Shown here: positions 10,089 through 20,733 of the stretch, piece after piece
Layout of the letters: every line of letters begins with the position of its first letter
How positions within the stretch are numbered: position 1 is the stretch's first letter
Assembly (NCBI GenBank): GCA_938084645.1
Contig: CALKEP010000002.1
Span: forward strand, 76,375-140,374
DNA length: 64,000 nt
Source: an uncultured Phycisphaerales bacterium
Lineage (GTDB): Bacteria; Planctomycetota; Phycisphaerae; Phycisphaerales; SM1A02
Direction: 5' to 3'
The notes under the pieces: model-generated
Seen by the model: the letters and a program-made list of their open reading frames with translations, nothing else
What the model was told of the DNA's origin: nothing
The model's database searches: none
Program-made: the position numbers and the translations under genes

Positions 10089-10498
10089 TCGATTCGCTCC
10101 TTCGCTTCGTCCATCGCCGAAGTGTCCGCCCGACGGACCGACCGCAGTTCCGCAGGAACACCCTCGAGATCGAGCTCGACCCGACCACCGGCCGCGCCGG
10201 TGACGACCACCGTCGCGAGGTGTCCGGCGTGATCCGAGACCACCACGACCGACTGGATCTCCCGTGGCGGCAGGAGGGCCGCGATCGCGGTTCGCGCCGT
10301 GCCCTCGATGCTGAAGCCCGCGGATGGTGGTTCGTCCGACGTTCGGATCAATTCGGCGACGAGGTTCCGGGCCCCCGCTTCGACCTCCTGCGGCCGCTTC
10401 GCGAAGTACCCCACCAGTCCACCGGCCGCGAGGGCGATCGCGGGATAGAGGAGCCGGCGACCCCAGCCTGAACGACCTTGTCGGGAATTCCCAAGCAT
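10085..10498 (-). CDS. Hypothetical protein with N-terminal TM/signal anchor
   Basis: Stop overlaps the start of the aminotransferase (ATGA coupling); hydrophobic LLYPAIALAAGGLVGYF; start uncertain. Confidence 0.6.
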   Translation of the reverse strand: MLGNSRQGRSGWGRRLLYPAIALAAGGLVGYFAKRPQEVEAGARNLVAELIRTSDEPPSAGFSIEGTARTAIAALLPPREIQSVVVVSDHAGHLATVVVTGAAGGRVELDLEGVPAELRSVRRADTSAMDEAKERIE

Positions 10499-10549
10499 GA
10501 GGTGGGAAGTGTAGACGACGCTCGATTCTGCGATGATGCCCCGGTCCTC

Positions 10550-11224
10550 ATGCTCATGCCCGCCTCGCCAAGATCGCTCGCCGCCCGGATGCGTCGCGAA
10601 GGACGCAGACCGGCGGTTCCCTGCCCTTCGTGCGGGCACGACCTTCGATCCGGAAGCAGGCTCGCGATCGCCGATCCGCCTCGGATCGCCCGACGATGCG
10701 CCGGCTGCGGCAACGCGGTCTGGAGTTCGTTCTCACGGGTGATCTGGCAACCGCGTCGCTTCATCCGCTTCTCGACCAGCGTGATCACCATGCTGATCGC
10801 GATTTCGATCCTGATCCTGATCGGGGTGGTCGTGTCGGCGGTGGACCCGCCGCCGGAATCCGTATCCGTGTTCGTGGTGCTGGCTTCCTATGCGATCTTC
10901 GGCGGATTCGCCGGTCTCCTTCTCCGCATCTTCATACCCACCGCGGGTCGCATCGCCCTCGCGGTGCTCACCGTCGCTTCGATCGCCGGTGCGATCCTCT
11001 TCGAGGGCTGGTTCCTGCTCGTGATCACCAACGAAGACTTCCGGTACATCCGTGCGCCGGAGATTCCGCGCGGCTGGTTGATCGTCGAGACGATCTGGAA
11101 CGTCACACTGGTCCCGCTCCTTCCCACCGTCACCGGCCTGATCTTCGGGGTCCTGCTCCACGACTCGATCGGATTCGGCATTCGCGCGAGAATAAGGCGG
11201 CGAACGTCACTGGAGGCGACGTGA
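10550..11224 (+). CDS. Zn-ribbon-containing multi-pass membrane protein
   Basis: CPSCGHDL...CAGCG followed by about 4 TM helices. Confidence 0.7.
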   Translation: MLMPASPRSLAARMRREGRRPAVPCPSCGHDLRSGSRLAIADPPRIARRCAGCGNAVWSSFSRVIWQPRRFIRFSTSVITMLIAISILILIGVVVSAVDPPPESVSVFVVLASYAIFGGFAGLLLRIFIPTAGRIALAVLTVASIAGAILFEGWFLLVITNEDFRYIRAPEIPRGWLIVETIWNVTLVPLLPTVTGLIFGVLLHDSIGFGIRARIRRRTSLEAT

Positions 11225-12087
11225 ATCAACCTGCTCCCGGTTCCGGCGACAACGGTCCCACCACCGACGAGAACCCGCCGATGACATCGACACCGCGCCT
11301 CATCGGCACCCGAACCTGCCTCGGCTGCGGCCAGGAGCTGGCCGGGCAGCCGATCAATCGGACCGCCGTCGAGGACCTCCCCTTCGTGCGGTGTTCCGAA
11401 TGCGGCCGAGCCACGCCGGTCCTCGAGTATCCGGTGATGAGCCGATGGAGCGGCACGCTCGGCGCAGGCCTGCTGTGCCTGCAGGTCCTGGTGTCCGTGA
11501 CGATCCTGTTCCTCACCGGTCTGTTCGGCTTCGCCATCGCCGACGAGATCTGCACCGACGCGCGTCGTGACTTCGGCAACCGGGTCTCCGCGGCGTGGGA
11601 TGCGAGCTCGCCCCTCGGTGAGAATTCGACCTGGGAGGTCTCCCGGGTCTGGTGGGAGGAGGTCGCGGATCGCACCACCGAAGCGATCCTCGCCGAACCC
11701 GACGCCGGGCTCGCACGCGTCTCTCGGATCGAGGTGGCCGGACTGCTGGTGATGGGCATCCCGATGGGCGTGCTGTGGTCCGGGCTCTTCGCCGGGATCC
11801 GCCGTTCCCGACTGTGGATCCCACCGCTGCTCCTGTGGTGCATCGCGATGCCGTGGGCGTGGCTCTTCGGGCTTCCGCCGTCCGGAGCGAACATCTCGAC
11901 CTACGTCATCGCTCGAGGGCTCGTGAACATCCACGTGCTGTCGATCGTGCTTCTCGCACTGGTGATCGGCCTCGAGATCGGCATCCTCTTCGGCCGACCG
12001 ATCATCCGGTGGCTCGCTCGGACCCTGCTGCCCCCCGATCGAGTGCGGTCGCTCGACTTCGCCTGGCGGGTCGACGGCCGACGCTGA
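11221..12087 (+). CDS. Zn-ribbon-containing multi-pass membrane protein
   Basis: GTGA overlap with the upstream stop, GGAGG SD; CLGCGQEL...RCSECG then about 4 TM helices. Confidence 0.75.
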   Translation: MNQPAPGSGDNGPTTDENPPMTSTPRLIGTRTCLGCGQELAGQPINRTAVEDLPFVRCSECGRATPVLEYPVMSRWSGTLGAGLLCLQVLVSVTILFLTGLFGFAIADEICTDARRDFGNRVSAAWDASSPLGENSTWEVSRVWWEEVADRTTEAILAEPDAGLARVSRIEVAGLLVMGIPMGVLWSGLFAGIRRSRLWIPPLLLWCIAMPWAWLFGLPPSGANISTYVIARGLVNIHVLSIVLLALVIGLEIGILFGRPIIRWLARTLLPPDRVRSLDFAWRVDGRR

Positions 12088-12138
12088 AGCCTCCGCGTGT
12101 CGTCGTGGGCGAGCCCGGTCGGTACACTCCCCGACCCC

Positions 12139-14118
12139 ATGCCACTTCTCACGCTCGCCGGCATCCGCCACGAATTCTCGACCCGCACCGTCCTGGACGG
12201 TGCGACGCTGTCGGTCGAACCCGGCGAGAAGATCGGTCTGGTCGGCCGCAACGGGGCGGGCAAGAGCACCCTGCTCAAGGTGATCACCGGCGAGCTGACC
12301 CCGGACCATGGGGACATGCAGCTCGCCCGAGGGGTCCGGGTCGGGCATCTTTCGCAGCACCCGGAGTTCGTTCCGGGTGACACGCTGCGACAGGCCGCGG
12401 GCCGAGCCTTCGAACGCCTCGAGACCGCGCAGAAGGAACTCGAACAGGTCTACGAGGCGATGGCGACCGCCGAGCCCGACGAACTCGAACGCCTCATGTC
12501 CCGGCAGTCCGAACTGGACACCCAGCTCGAGGCGCTCGGCGGCTATGCCGTCGATCATCGCGTCGACGCCACCCTGCACGGGCTGGGATTGACCGACGAC
12601 CGGTTCGACCAGCCGGTCGACACCCTCTCGGGAGGCCAGAAGGCCCGCCTCGGACTCGCCCGCCTGCTCCTCGAGTCGCCGGACCTGCTGCTCCTCGACG
12701 AACCCACGAACCACCTCGACATCAACGGCCGCCAGTGGCTCGAGAACTTCCTCGCCGAGGAGTTCAACGGCGCGGTGATCCTGGTGAGTCATGACCGTTG
12801 GCTGCTGGACCGGGTCGTCAACCGGATCGTCGAGGTCGAACTCGGCCAGGTCCGCGAGTACCCGGGGAACTACCACGCCTTCATCGAACAGCGCCGCGAA
12901 CGAAAACTCGTCGAAGGCCGGATCCACGCGAAGCAACTCGACAAGATCCGCGCCGAAGAGGCGTACATCCGCAAGTACAAGGGCGGGCAGCGGGCCAAGC
13001 AGGCGCGTGGCCGCGAAGCCCGTCTCGATCGGTTCAAGCAGGAGGAACTCTCCGAGAAGCCGATCGAACTGGACGTGATGTCGCTGAACCTGCCCAAGCC
13101 GCCACGGGCGGGCGACGTGCTCATCGCGGTCGAGCACCTCTCCAAGGCCTACGACGATCACCAGCTCTTCGACGATCTCTCGCTCAGCCTCCGCCCCGGT
13201 GATCGGATCGGCGTCATCGGTCCGAACGGTGCGGGCAAGACGACCCTGATCCGAAGCATGCTCGGTGACATCGAAGCCGACGCCGGCACGATTCGTCGAA
13301 GTCCACGTCTCTCGGTCGGTTGGTTTCGGCAGAACCAGGACCACATCGACCCCGATCGGGAGGTCTGGCAGTACCTCCAGAAGACCATGGGTGACGCGGA
13401 TCCGAACGGCCAGGTCCGCGAACAGGAGGCTCGCAACCTCGCCGGCGCCTTCCTCTTCACCGGTCGCGAGATGGAAAAACAGATCAAGCTGCTCTCGGGA
13501 GGGGAACGGGCCCGGATGGTGCTCGCGGGCCTCGTCGCCTGCCCGCTCAATCTTCTGGTGCTCGACGAACCGAGCAACCACCTCGACATCCCCAGTGCCG
13601 AACGACTCGAGCAGGCGTTGCTCGACTATGGCGACGCGAAGAAGGGACGCGGCGGCGCGATCTTCCTCATCAGCCATGATCGCGCCCTGATCGAAGCCAC
13701 CTGCACCGTGCTCCTGGTGTTCGACGGTGACGGCTCCGTCCGAATCTTCAACGGCCGCTATTCGCAGTGGCTGGAGATCGAGAATCAACGCCGAGCGGAG
13801 GCGGAGGAGGCGAGACTCGCAGCTTCGTCGACGAAGGCGGCGCGAAACCGGAACAGCTCCGGCGACCGCCCCTCGGCGACGAAGCGAGACACGCCGAAGA
13901 AGAACACCACCTCGAAACTCGCGAAGCTCTCGACCAAGGACCTCGAGTCGAGGATCGAGCGCTGCGAGTCGCGGATCCGCGAGATCGACGAGTCGATGAT
14001 GGATCCCGACGTGTACACCGACGGGAAGAAGACCAGGCGACTTCAGACCGAACGCGCCGAAGTCGCGGCCAAGCTCGAACCCCTCGAGTTCGAATGGTCG
14101 TCGCGGGCCGACGGCTGA
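12139..14118 (+). CDS. ABC-F family ATPase (Uup/YheS-like) with C-terminal coiled coil
   Basis: Two NBDs (GRNGAGKST/LSGGQ/LLLDEPTNHLD and GPNGAGKTT/LSGGE/LDEPSNHLD), no TM segments. Confidence 0.93.
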   Translation: MPLLTLAGIRHEFSTRTVLDGATLSVEPGEKIGLVGRNGAGKSTLLKVITGELTPDHGDMQLARGVRVGHLSQHPEFVPGDTLRQAAGRAFERLETAQKELEQVYEAMATAEPDELERLMSRQSELDTQLEALGGYAVDHRVDATLHGLGLTDDRFDQPVDTLSGGQKARLGLARLLLESPDLLLLDEPTNHLDINGRQWLENFLAEEFNGAVILVSHDRWLLDRVVNRIVEVELGQVREYPGNYHAFIEQRRERKLVEGRIHAKQLDKIRAEEAYIRKYKGGQRAKQARGREARLDRFKQEELSEKPIELDVMSLNLPKPPRAGDVLIAVEHLSKAYDDHQLFDDLSLSLRPGDRIGVIGPNGAGKTTLIRSMLGDIEADAGTIRRSPRLSVGWFRQNQDHIDPDREVWQYLQKTMGDADPNGQVREQEARNLAGAFLFTGREMEKQIKLLSGGERARMVLAGLVACPLNLLVLDEPSNHLDIPSAERLEQALLDYGDAKKGRGGAIFLISHDRALIEATCTVLLVFDGDGSVRIFNGRYSQWLEIENQRRAEAEEARLAASSTKAARNRNSSGDRPSATKRDTPKKNTTSKLAKLSTKDLESRIERCESRIREIDESMMDPDVYTDGKKTRRLQTERAEVAAKLEPLEFEWSSRADG

Positions 14119-14260
14119 CCCGCCCCATCCGGACCCGCGACGAGTCGTCGATCCCGAAACGAACACGTGCCCGTCGAAGATGACGGGCACGAGGTGCGGT
14201 TTCCAATTGAATCGACCACGGGACGGAACGGGCCGGCGGGTCGCCTTCCACCGGGCGCGG

Positions 14261-15157
14261 TCAGGCCAGGCTGCTCTTCAGCAGGACCTTGCCGGTGCCG
14301 GCCTCGCGAATCTCGAAGGCGAGGCCCTGGAGGGCGCGTCCGTCGAGATCGATCGGGGAGGCGGAAAATCGACCGACCACACCCTCGAAGAGCACGACCA
14401 CCGATGCGGACGAATCCGGTTCGAACGCGACGAGTTCGACCTCCGTCGACGCAGGCATGTCGAACAGCATCATCATGCCGTGACCGGGCAGCTCGCCGGC
14501 CTCCTCGATCACGAGAATGCCGGCGCCGGCGGATCCCGCCATCGCGACCGACCGTGCCGTCGAGGAGTCGAAGAGGAGACGGGCTTCGTTCTCGGGAAAT
14601 CCGATGCCGTCGAGCCGGCCCTGGAGTTCCTTCAGCGAGATGTTGTTGTCCGCGAGGTCGAGCAGCCGGCTGCTGAGACTCGCGGTCTGCTGCTGGATCA
14701 CGATCAGTGCGATGAGGCTCGAGCCGAGCACGAACGTCGCCGCCCGCCAGATCATGGAACTTCGACGCATCCGTCGAACGTCCATCTCGGATTCCACGTC
14801 CGTCTCCGCCATGGTCGAGGTCGAGCGGTGCGCCATCCGAGCATCGCTGCCGAGCGCTCGAACACGTTCGCCGATCGACGCGATCGGACCACACTCGGAC
14901 GCATCCTTTTCGATTTCAGAGGTGAGTCGAGCCAGCACCTTGTACCGCAGGGCACGATCCGGCTCCTCGTCACCCGCCGCGGCGATCTCCACCGCCACCG
15001 CCGACTGGAGGTCGAGAAGCTCGGCCTGCTGATCGGGTGACAACCCCGCGAAGGCACGCTCGAACCTGGCCTCGTCGACTTCTTCGAGAAGTCCGAGGGT
15101 TTCGAGGATCGCGAGATCTCGTAGTTCGTCCACCGCCAATGGCTCCGTCAACAACAT
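14261..15157 (-). CDS. Putative membrane-anchored anti-sigma factor (RskA-like)
   Basis: Downstream of an ECF sigma; N-terminal LGLLEE..ARFE...P..ALRYKVLA anti-sigma-domain pattern, single TM (WRAATFVLGSSLIALIVI), coiled coil and extracytoplasmic domain. Start uncertain. Confidence 0.7.
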   Translation of the reverse strand: MLLTEPLAVDELRDLAILETLGLLEEVDEARFERAFAGLSPDQQAELLDLQSAVAVEIAAAGDEEPDRALRYKVLARLTSEIEKDASECGPIASIGERVRALGSDARMAHRSTSTMAETDVESEMDVRRMRRSSMIWRAATFVLGSSLIALIVIQQQTASLSSRLLDLADNNISLKELQGRLDGIGFPENEARLLFDSSTARSVAMAGSAGAGILVIEEAGELPGHGMMMLFDMPASTEVELVAFEPDSSASVVVLFEGVVGRFSASPIDLDGRALQGLAFEIREAGTGKVLLKSSLA

Positions 15158-15602
15158 CTTGAAAACCACGCTCCATGCATTCCGTTCGGGCTCCTTCACG
15201 ACGAAATCGAGTCGTCGTCCATCGAAGCCAGCCGACCGGATATTAACGACTGCGAGGCGGACCTCGCACGAAAACTCCGCTCAAAGAACTTCTCGAGGTC
15301 GTTCGAGCCGCCGTTCACCGGCGATCTCAACGACCTTGTTCCATCCATCGACTCAGATACTTCCGAGACGATTTCGTTCCAGACTCTCGAGATATCCCTC
15401 GTTCAGAGGGACGGCCCCGCCTCTGGAAGCCCTGCGGTGTCACCGAAGACGCCCCAGTCGCTGAATCAACCCGACGCACATCCAGGCACTCGAAAGAACC
15501 GAAGCGGACGCGATTTCCCCATCCGCATCCAACCACCGATCGGCTGCATCATTCGAGAAAAAAAGCGTTCTCGATGTTTCTCGGACCACGTACCACCACG
15601 AC

Positions 15603-16178
15603 TCATCGGTCCGCCGCCCGCTGCTCGTCCGCAAGTCGATCCCGTAGTCTCGCCAGACCTCGACTCAGGGCCGATTTGACCGTTCCGAGCGGCGATTCCA
15701 ACTGTTCGGCGACCTCCCGGAGCGTGAAGCCCTGCAGGTAAGCCCGCGTGATCACCTCCTGCTGGAGGGCCGGGAGTTCCGCGACGCGAGCGAGAAGCCG
15801 CTGACGATGCTCGTCCCGCTCGATCGCGCCCTCCTGCTTCGACGGTGGCGTCGCCCGCCCCTCCGGATCACCTTCCAGACTCAGATTGGTGGGCCGTACC
15901 TGCTTGCGACGAAGCCGGTCGATGAGATGCCGGCGGGTGATGAGCATCACCCAGGTCACGAGCTTGGCTCGAGCGGGGTCGTAGCGTTCCGCGGTCTTCC
16001 ACAGGCGGACGAAGACCTCCTGCACCGCGTCTTCGGCCTCCGCCGACGTGGAAAGCACTTGCCGAGAGGACTTGAAGACCAGTCCGCCGAAACGATCATA
16101 AAGCCGGTTTGCAGCCACCTCATCGCCATCGGCGACCGCCTGCATCAGGACCCAGTCTTCATGATTCGGGGAATTCAT
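15603..16178 (-). CDS. ECF RNA polymerase sigma factor (SigK-like)
   Basis: Region 2 (GDEVAANRLYDRF, AEDAVQEVFVRLW, WVMLITRRHLIDRLR) and region 4 (REVAEQLESPLGTVKS). Confidence 0.92.
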   Translation of the reverse strand: MNSPNHEDWVLMQAVADGDEVAANRLYDRFGGLVFKSSRQVLSTSAEAEDAVQEVFVRLWKTAERYDPARAKLVTWVMLITRRHLIDRLRRKQVRPTNLSLEGDPEGRATPPSKQEGAIERDEHRQRLLARVAELPALQQEVITRAYLQGFTLREVAEQLESPLGTVKSALSRGLARLRDRLADEQRAADR

Positions 16179-16258
16179 GCGTCCAGCCCGCGGAGCGACA
16201 CACAGCTCTGAAATTCGGAAAGAAGGACCACCAACCAAGGTTATCCGAGGAACGGGGA

Positions 16259-16285
16259 GTTTCGGATCCCCCAAAACACTGGATT
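16259..16285 (-). promoter_or_regulatory. Putative ECF (SigK-type) autoregulatory promoter AATCC-N16-CGAAAC
   Basis: Minus strand reads AATCC agtgttttgggggatc CGAAAC about 80 nt upstream of the sigma ATG; the same motif and spacing occur at 62888-62914. Confidence 0.6.
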
Positions 16286-16401
16286 TCGCTCCAATGCCTC
16301 GTTTCGGGCGGTATCCTTTGCCTGACGGTGCGAAGGCCATCCGGGTCAGCCGTCAACGTTCCACCGTGATCGTGATGATGATGATATCGGCAGGAGGTCG
16401 C

Positions 16402-17202
16402 TTGACTGACCGTCGCCCAGATCTGAGACCCACCTTCCTCCGGGAACGCTCCCGACGAGGCTGTGGCTCTCGTCCGGGCTTCAGCGTCATCGAGCTCGTC
16501 GTGGTACTCGCGGTGATCGTGGTTCTGACCTCACTCCTGCTCCCCGGTCTCGAAGTCGCTCGAAAGGGTGCCCGACGCCTCGCCTGTTCCGCCAATCAGA
16601 GACAGATCGGGGTGTCCTTCCTCATCTTCGGTCGCGACAACAACGATCGCCTGCCCGAGTCGCGTTTTCAAATGGCGCACCGACCGGCCAACATGATGGC
16701 CCTGAACTCGGGCGATCTCAATGACGATGTGGGCATCGCCGACTTCGATGGGATCGGCCTGCTGTGGAAGGATCGCTACATCGATTCCCCCGCATCGTGC
16801 TTCTGCCCCGCACACCGGGGCGAACACACGTTCGAGCGAGCGAAAGGCCTGGTCGGCGAGACCCAGGGGACCGGTTCGGAAGTCGCATTCTGCAACTACC
16901 ACTACACCGGTCATCTGAAGCAATCGCGAGGCGAGGACTTGATGGGCCCGAGCCGGCGGCGGATGTCGGATCCCAACGTGATCCTGCTCACCGACGGATT
17001 GCGGAGCCGTTCGGACTTCAACCACGAGTCCGGATTCAACGTGCTTCGAGGCGATGGCTCCACCGCCTACCAGGCGGATACCGGATCCAAGTTCCTGAAT
17101 TCGATTCCGACGGATGTGAACTTCGACGGCGAGATGGCCTCCGAAGAATCCGCCGGCCTGTGGATTCTCGACATCTGGAACGAACTCAAGGTCGACGGTT
17201 GA
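16402..17202 (+). CDS. Prepilin-type N-terminal cleavage/methylation protein with H-X9-DG-type motif (DUF1559-like)
   Basis: GFSVIELVVVLAVIVVLTSLLLPGL, CSANQRQIG, FCPA and NHESGFNVLRGDGS; TTG start after AGGAGG. Confidence 0.85.
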   Translation: MTDRRPDLRPTFLRERSRRGCGSRPGFSVIELVVVLAVIVVLTSLLLPGLEVARKGARRLACSANQRQIGVSFLIFGRDNNDRLPESRFQMAHRPANMMALNSGDLNDDVGIADFDGIGLLWKDRYIDSPASCFCPAHRGEHTFERAKGLVGETQGTGSEVAFCNYHYTGHLKQSRGEDLMGPSRRRMSDPNVILLTDGLRSRSDFNHESGFNVLRGDGSTAYQADTGSKFLNSIPTDVNFDGEMASEESAGLWILDIWNELKVDG

Positions 17203-17245
17203 TCAGACGCGCGACGGCGCGTGCGTTCGAACCGACAGATCCGAG

Positions 17246-18262
17246 TCACTGCCGATCCGAATATTCGAGGACGAGCCCGCGGTGGCCTCCCGATCCCGGG
17301 TCGAACACCCGGATCGTCGCCGGAACGAAGCGGGAGGCCGCGAGGGCGAAGTCGATCCGGAGCCACGGAGACGAACGTGGCCAGGTACCTCCCCAACCAC
17401 GGCCGGCGTTCCGAAACGCATCCTCGAATCCCGGCGCGAGCATCGCGACCCCGGGTGAACGAGGGGTCATGTTGAGGTCGCCGAGAACGATTTCCGGCTG
17501 GATCGGCTCGAGACGCCTCGCGACCTGCCTCGACATGTCCAGTCGATCGATGCGTTGCTCCGACGGAAGGTCGACGACGAGGATGTGCCCCGGGAACGAC
17601 GAGTCCTGGGGTACGTCCAGTCGGATCTCGACCGCCTGAGGTGGCGACTTGACCGACCCGATCTCGAGGCCCCCCAGCGATTCGACCATCCGCATCGAAC
17701 GAATCCCGTATCGAGACGCGACGAGGACCGAGCCCACCCACCGAATCTGAAGCCTGCCTTCGCGCACTTCCGCCGACTGCCGCCACGCGCTGGGGATCCT
17801 CCAACCCGGGTTCACGAGCACGGTGACGTCGGCGTCGAGTTCGATGAGGCGGCCGAGGACACGATCGCAGTCACGAACGCCCTCCACCTGCCGCTCCCCG
17901 GGATCGTTGGCGTTCAGGAACACGAGGGCCCGGGCGCCTTCCACGGCCCGGTACGGCATCCCCAGATCACGCTGAAACGTACCGACCAACGGGCCCACGG
18001 CCGCGAGCGTCGTGAGGGCGACGCACCGCCAACGCCTCGGATCGCGGCCAGGAACACTGACCGCGACGGCGAGCAGCAGGCAGAACCCGACCGCGGACAG
18101 CCACGCCCAGTCGGGCACGAGCCCGATCAGCTGGAAGCGGCCACCGAGGGCGGCGACCACCGGCGTGCCCGCCCAGCCCACGGAAAGCGCGATCGCCACG
18201 AGGGCCGGCCAGATGGCCAGCGGGAGCCCGGGGGCCGGTTCTCGTCGGTTCGGTGCCTTCAC
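17246..18262 (-). CDS. Membrane-anchored endonuclease/exonuclease/phosphatase family protein
   Basis: N-terminal TMs; VLGDLNMTP, GTWP, LRIDFAL and GGHRGL motifs. Start approximate. Confidence 0.8.
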   Translation of the reverse strand: MKAPNRREPAPGLPLAIWPALVAIALSVGWAGTPVVAALGGRFQLIGLVPDWAWLSAVGFCLLLAVAVSVPGRDPRRWRCVALTTLAAVGPLVGTFQRDLGMPYRAVEGARALVFLNANDPGERQVEGVRDCDRVLGRLIELDADVTVLVNPGWRIPSAWRQSAEVREGRLQIRWVGSVLVASRYGIRSMRMVESLGGLEIGSVKSPPQAVEIRLDVPQDSSFPGHILVVDLPSEQRIDRLDMSRQVARRLEPIQPEIVLGDLNMTPRSPGVAMLAPGFEDAFRNAGRGWGGTWPRSSPWLRIDFALAASRFVPATIRVFDPGSGGHRGLVLEYSDRQ

Positions 18263-18328
18263 CGGTGCCAAATCGGCAGAACCCCCCTCCCGACACCCCC
18301 AGAAATCGATGAGAACCACAGGTTGATT

Positions 18329-18345
18329 CTGGCATCGCCCTTGCG
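18329..18345 (+). promoter_or_regulatory. Putative sigma54 (-24/-12) promoter upstream of dnaK
   Basis: CTGGCATCGCCCTTGCG has exact GG-N10-GC spacing with TGGCA and TTGC boxes. Confidence 0.6.
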
Positions 18346-18516
18346 ACTCCTCTCCCGTACCCGCAAAAGGGTGTCAGAGGCCCCTGAGTCGACGAAAGCG
18401 ACCCCGTTCGATCCCACGCGGATCGGACCTCTCAGGGCGGACACCGCGGAACAGCGTCGCGGCGACGCGGCGCCCATCCCATCGAGACAAGCACCTGATC
18501 GGAAAGGTCAACAACC

Positions 18517-20430
<1,914 letters not shown>

Positions 20431-20462
20431 TCCTCCTCACGCTCGATGGACTCGACTGCAGC

Positions 20463-20497
20463 ACGGCGGGGTTCCGACCAGGGAACCCCGCCGTCTT
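20463..20497 (+). terminator. Terminator-like hairpin after dnaK
   Basis: Perfect 13-bp stem ACGGCGGGGTTCC/GGAACCCCGCCGT with a 6-nt loop; weak U-tract. Confidence 0.65.
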
Positions 20498-20733
20498 CGT
20501 CAGGGGGAACCGCCGATCGGAGCGGTTCACCCGCAGGGCGATGATTCGCGACTGAAGACCGCGAGATCCCGGTCCCTGAACAGGTTCCTCCGAGATTTCG
20601 ATTCCGCCTGCTTTTGATAAGATGGACCGGCTCCGCGGAATTCCGCCCGAATCGGATTTCCGAAGACCCGGCCGATCGGCCGGTGACCTCACTCCGGGGC
20701 GGAAGCCCCTTCGATCTCGAACCCTGCTCCCCC

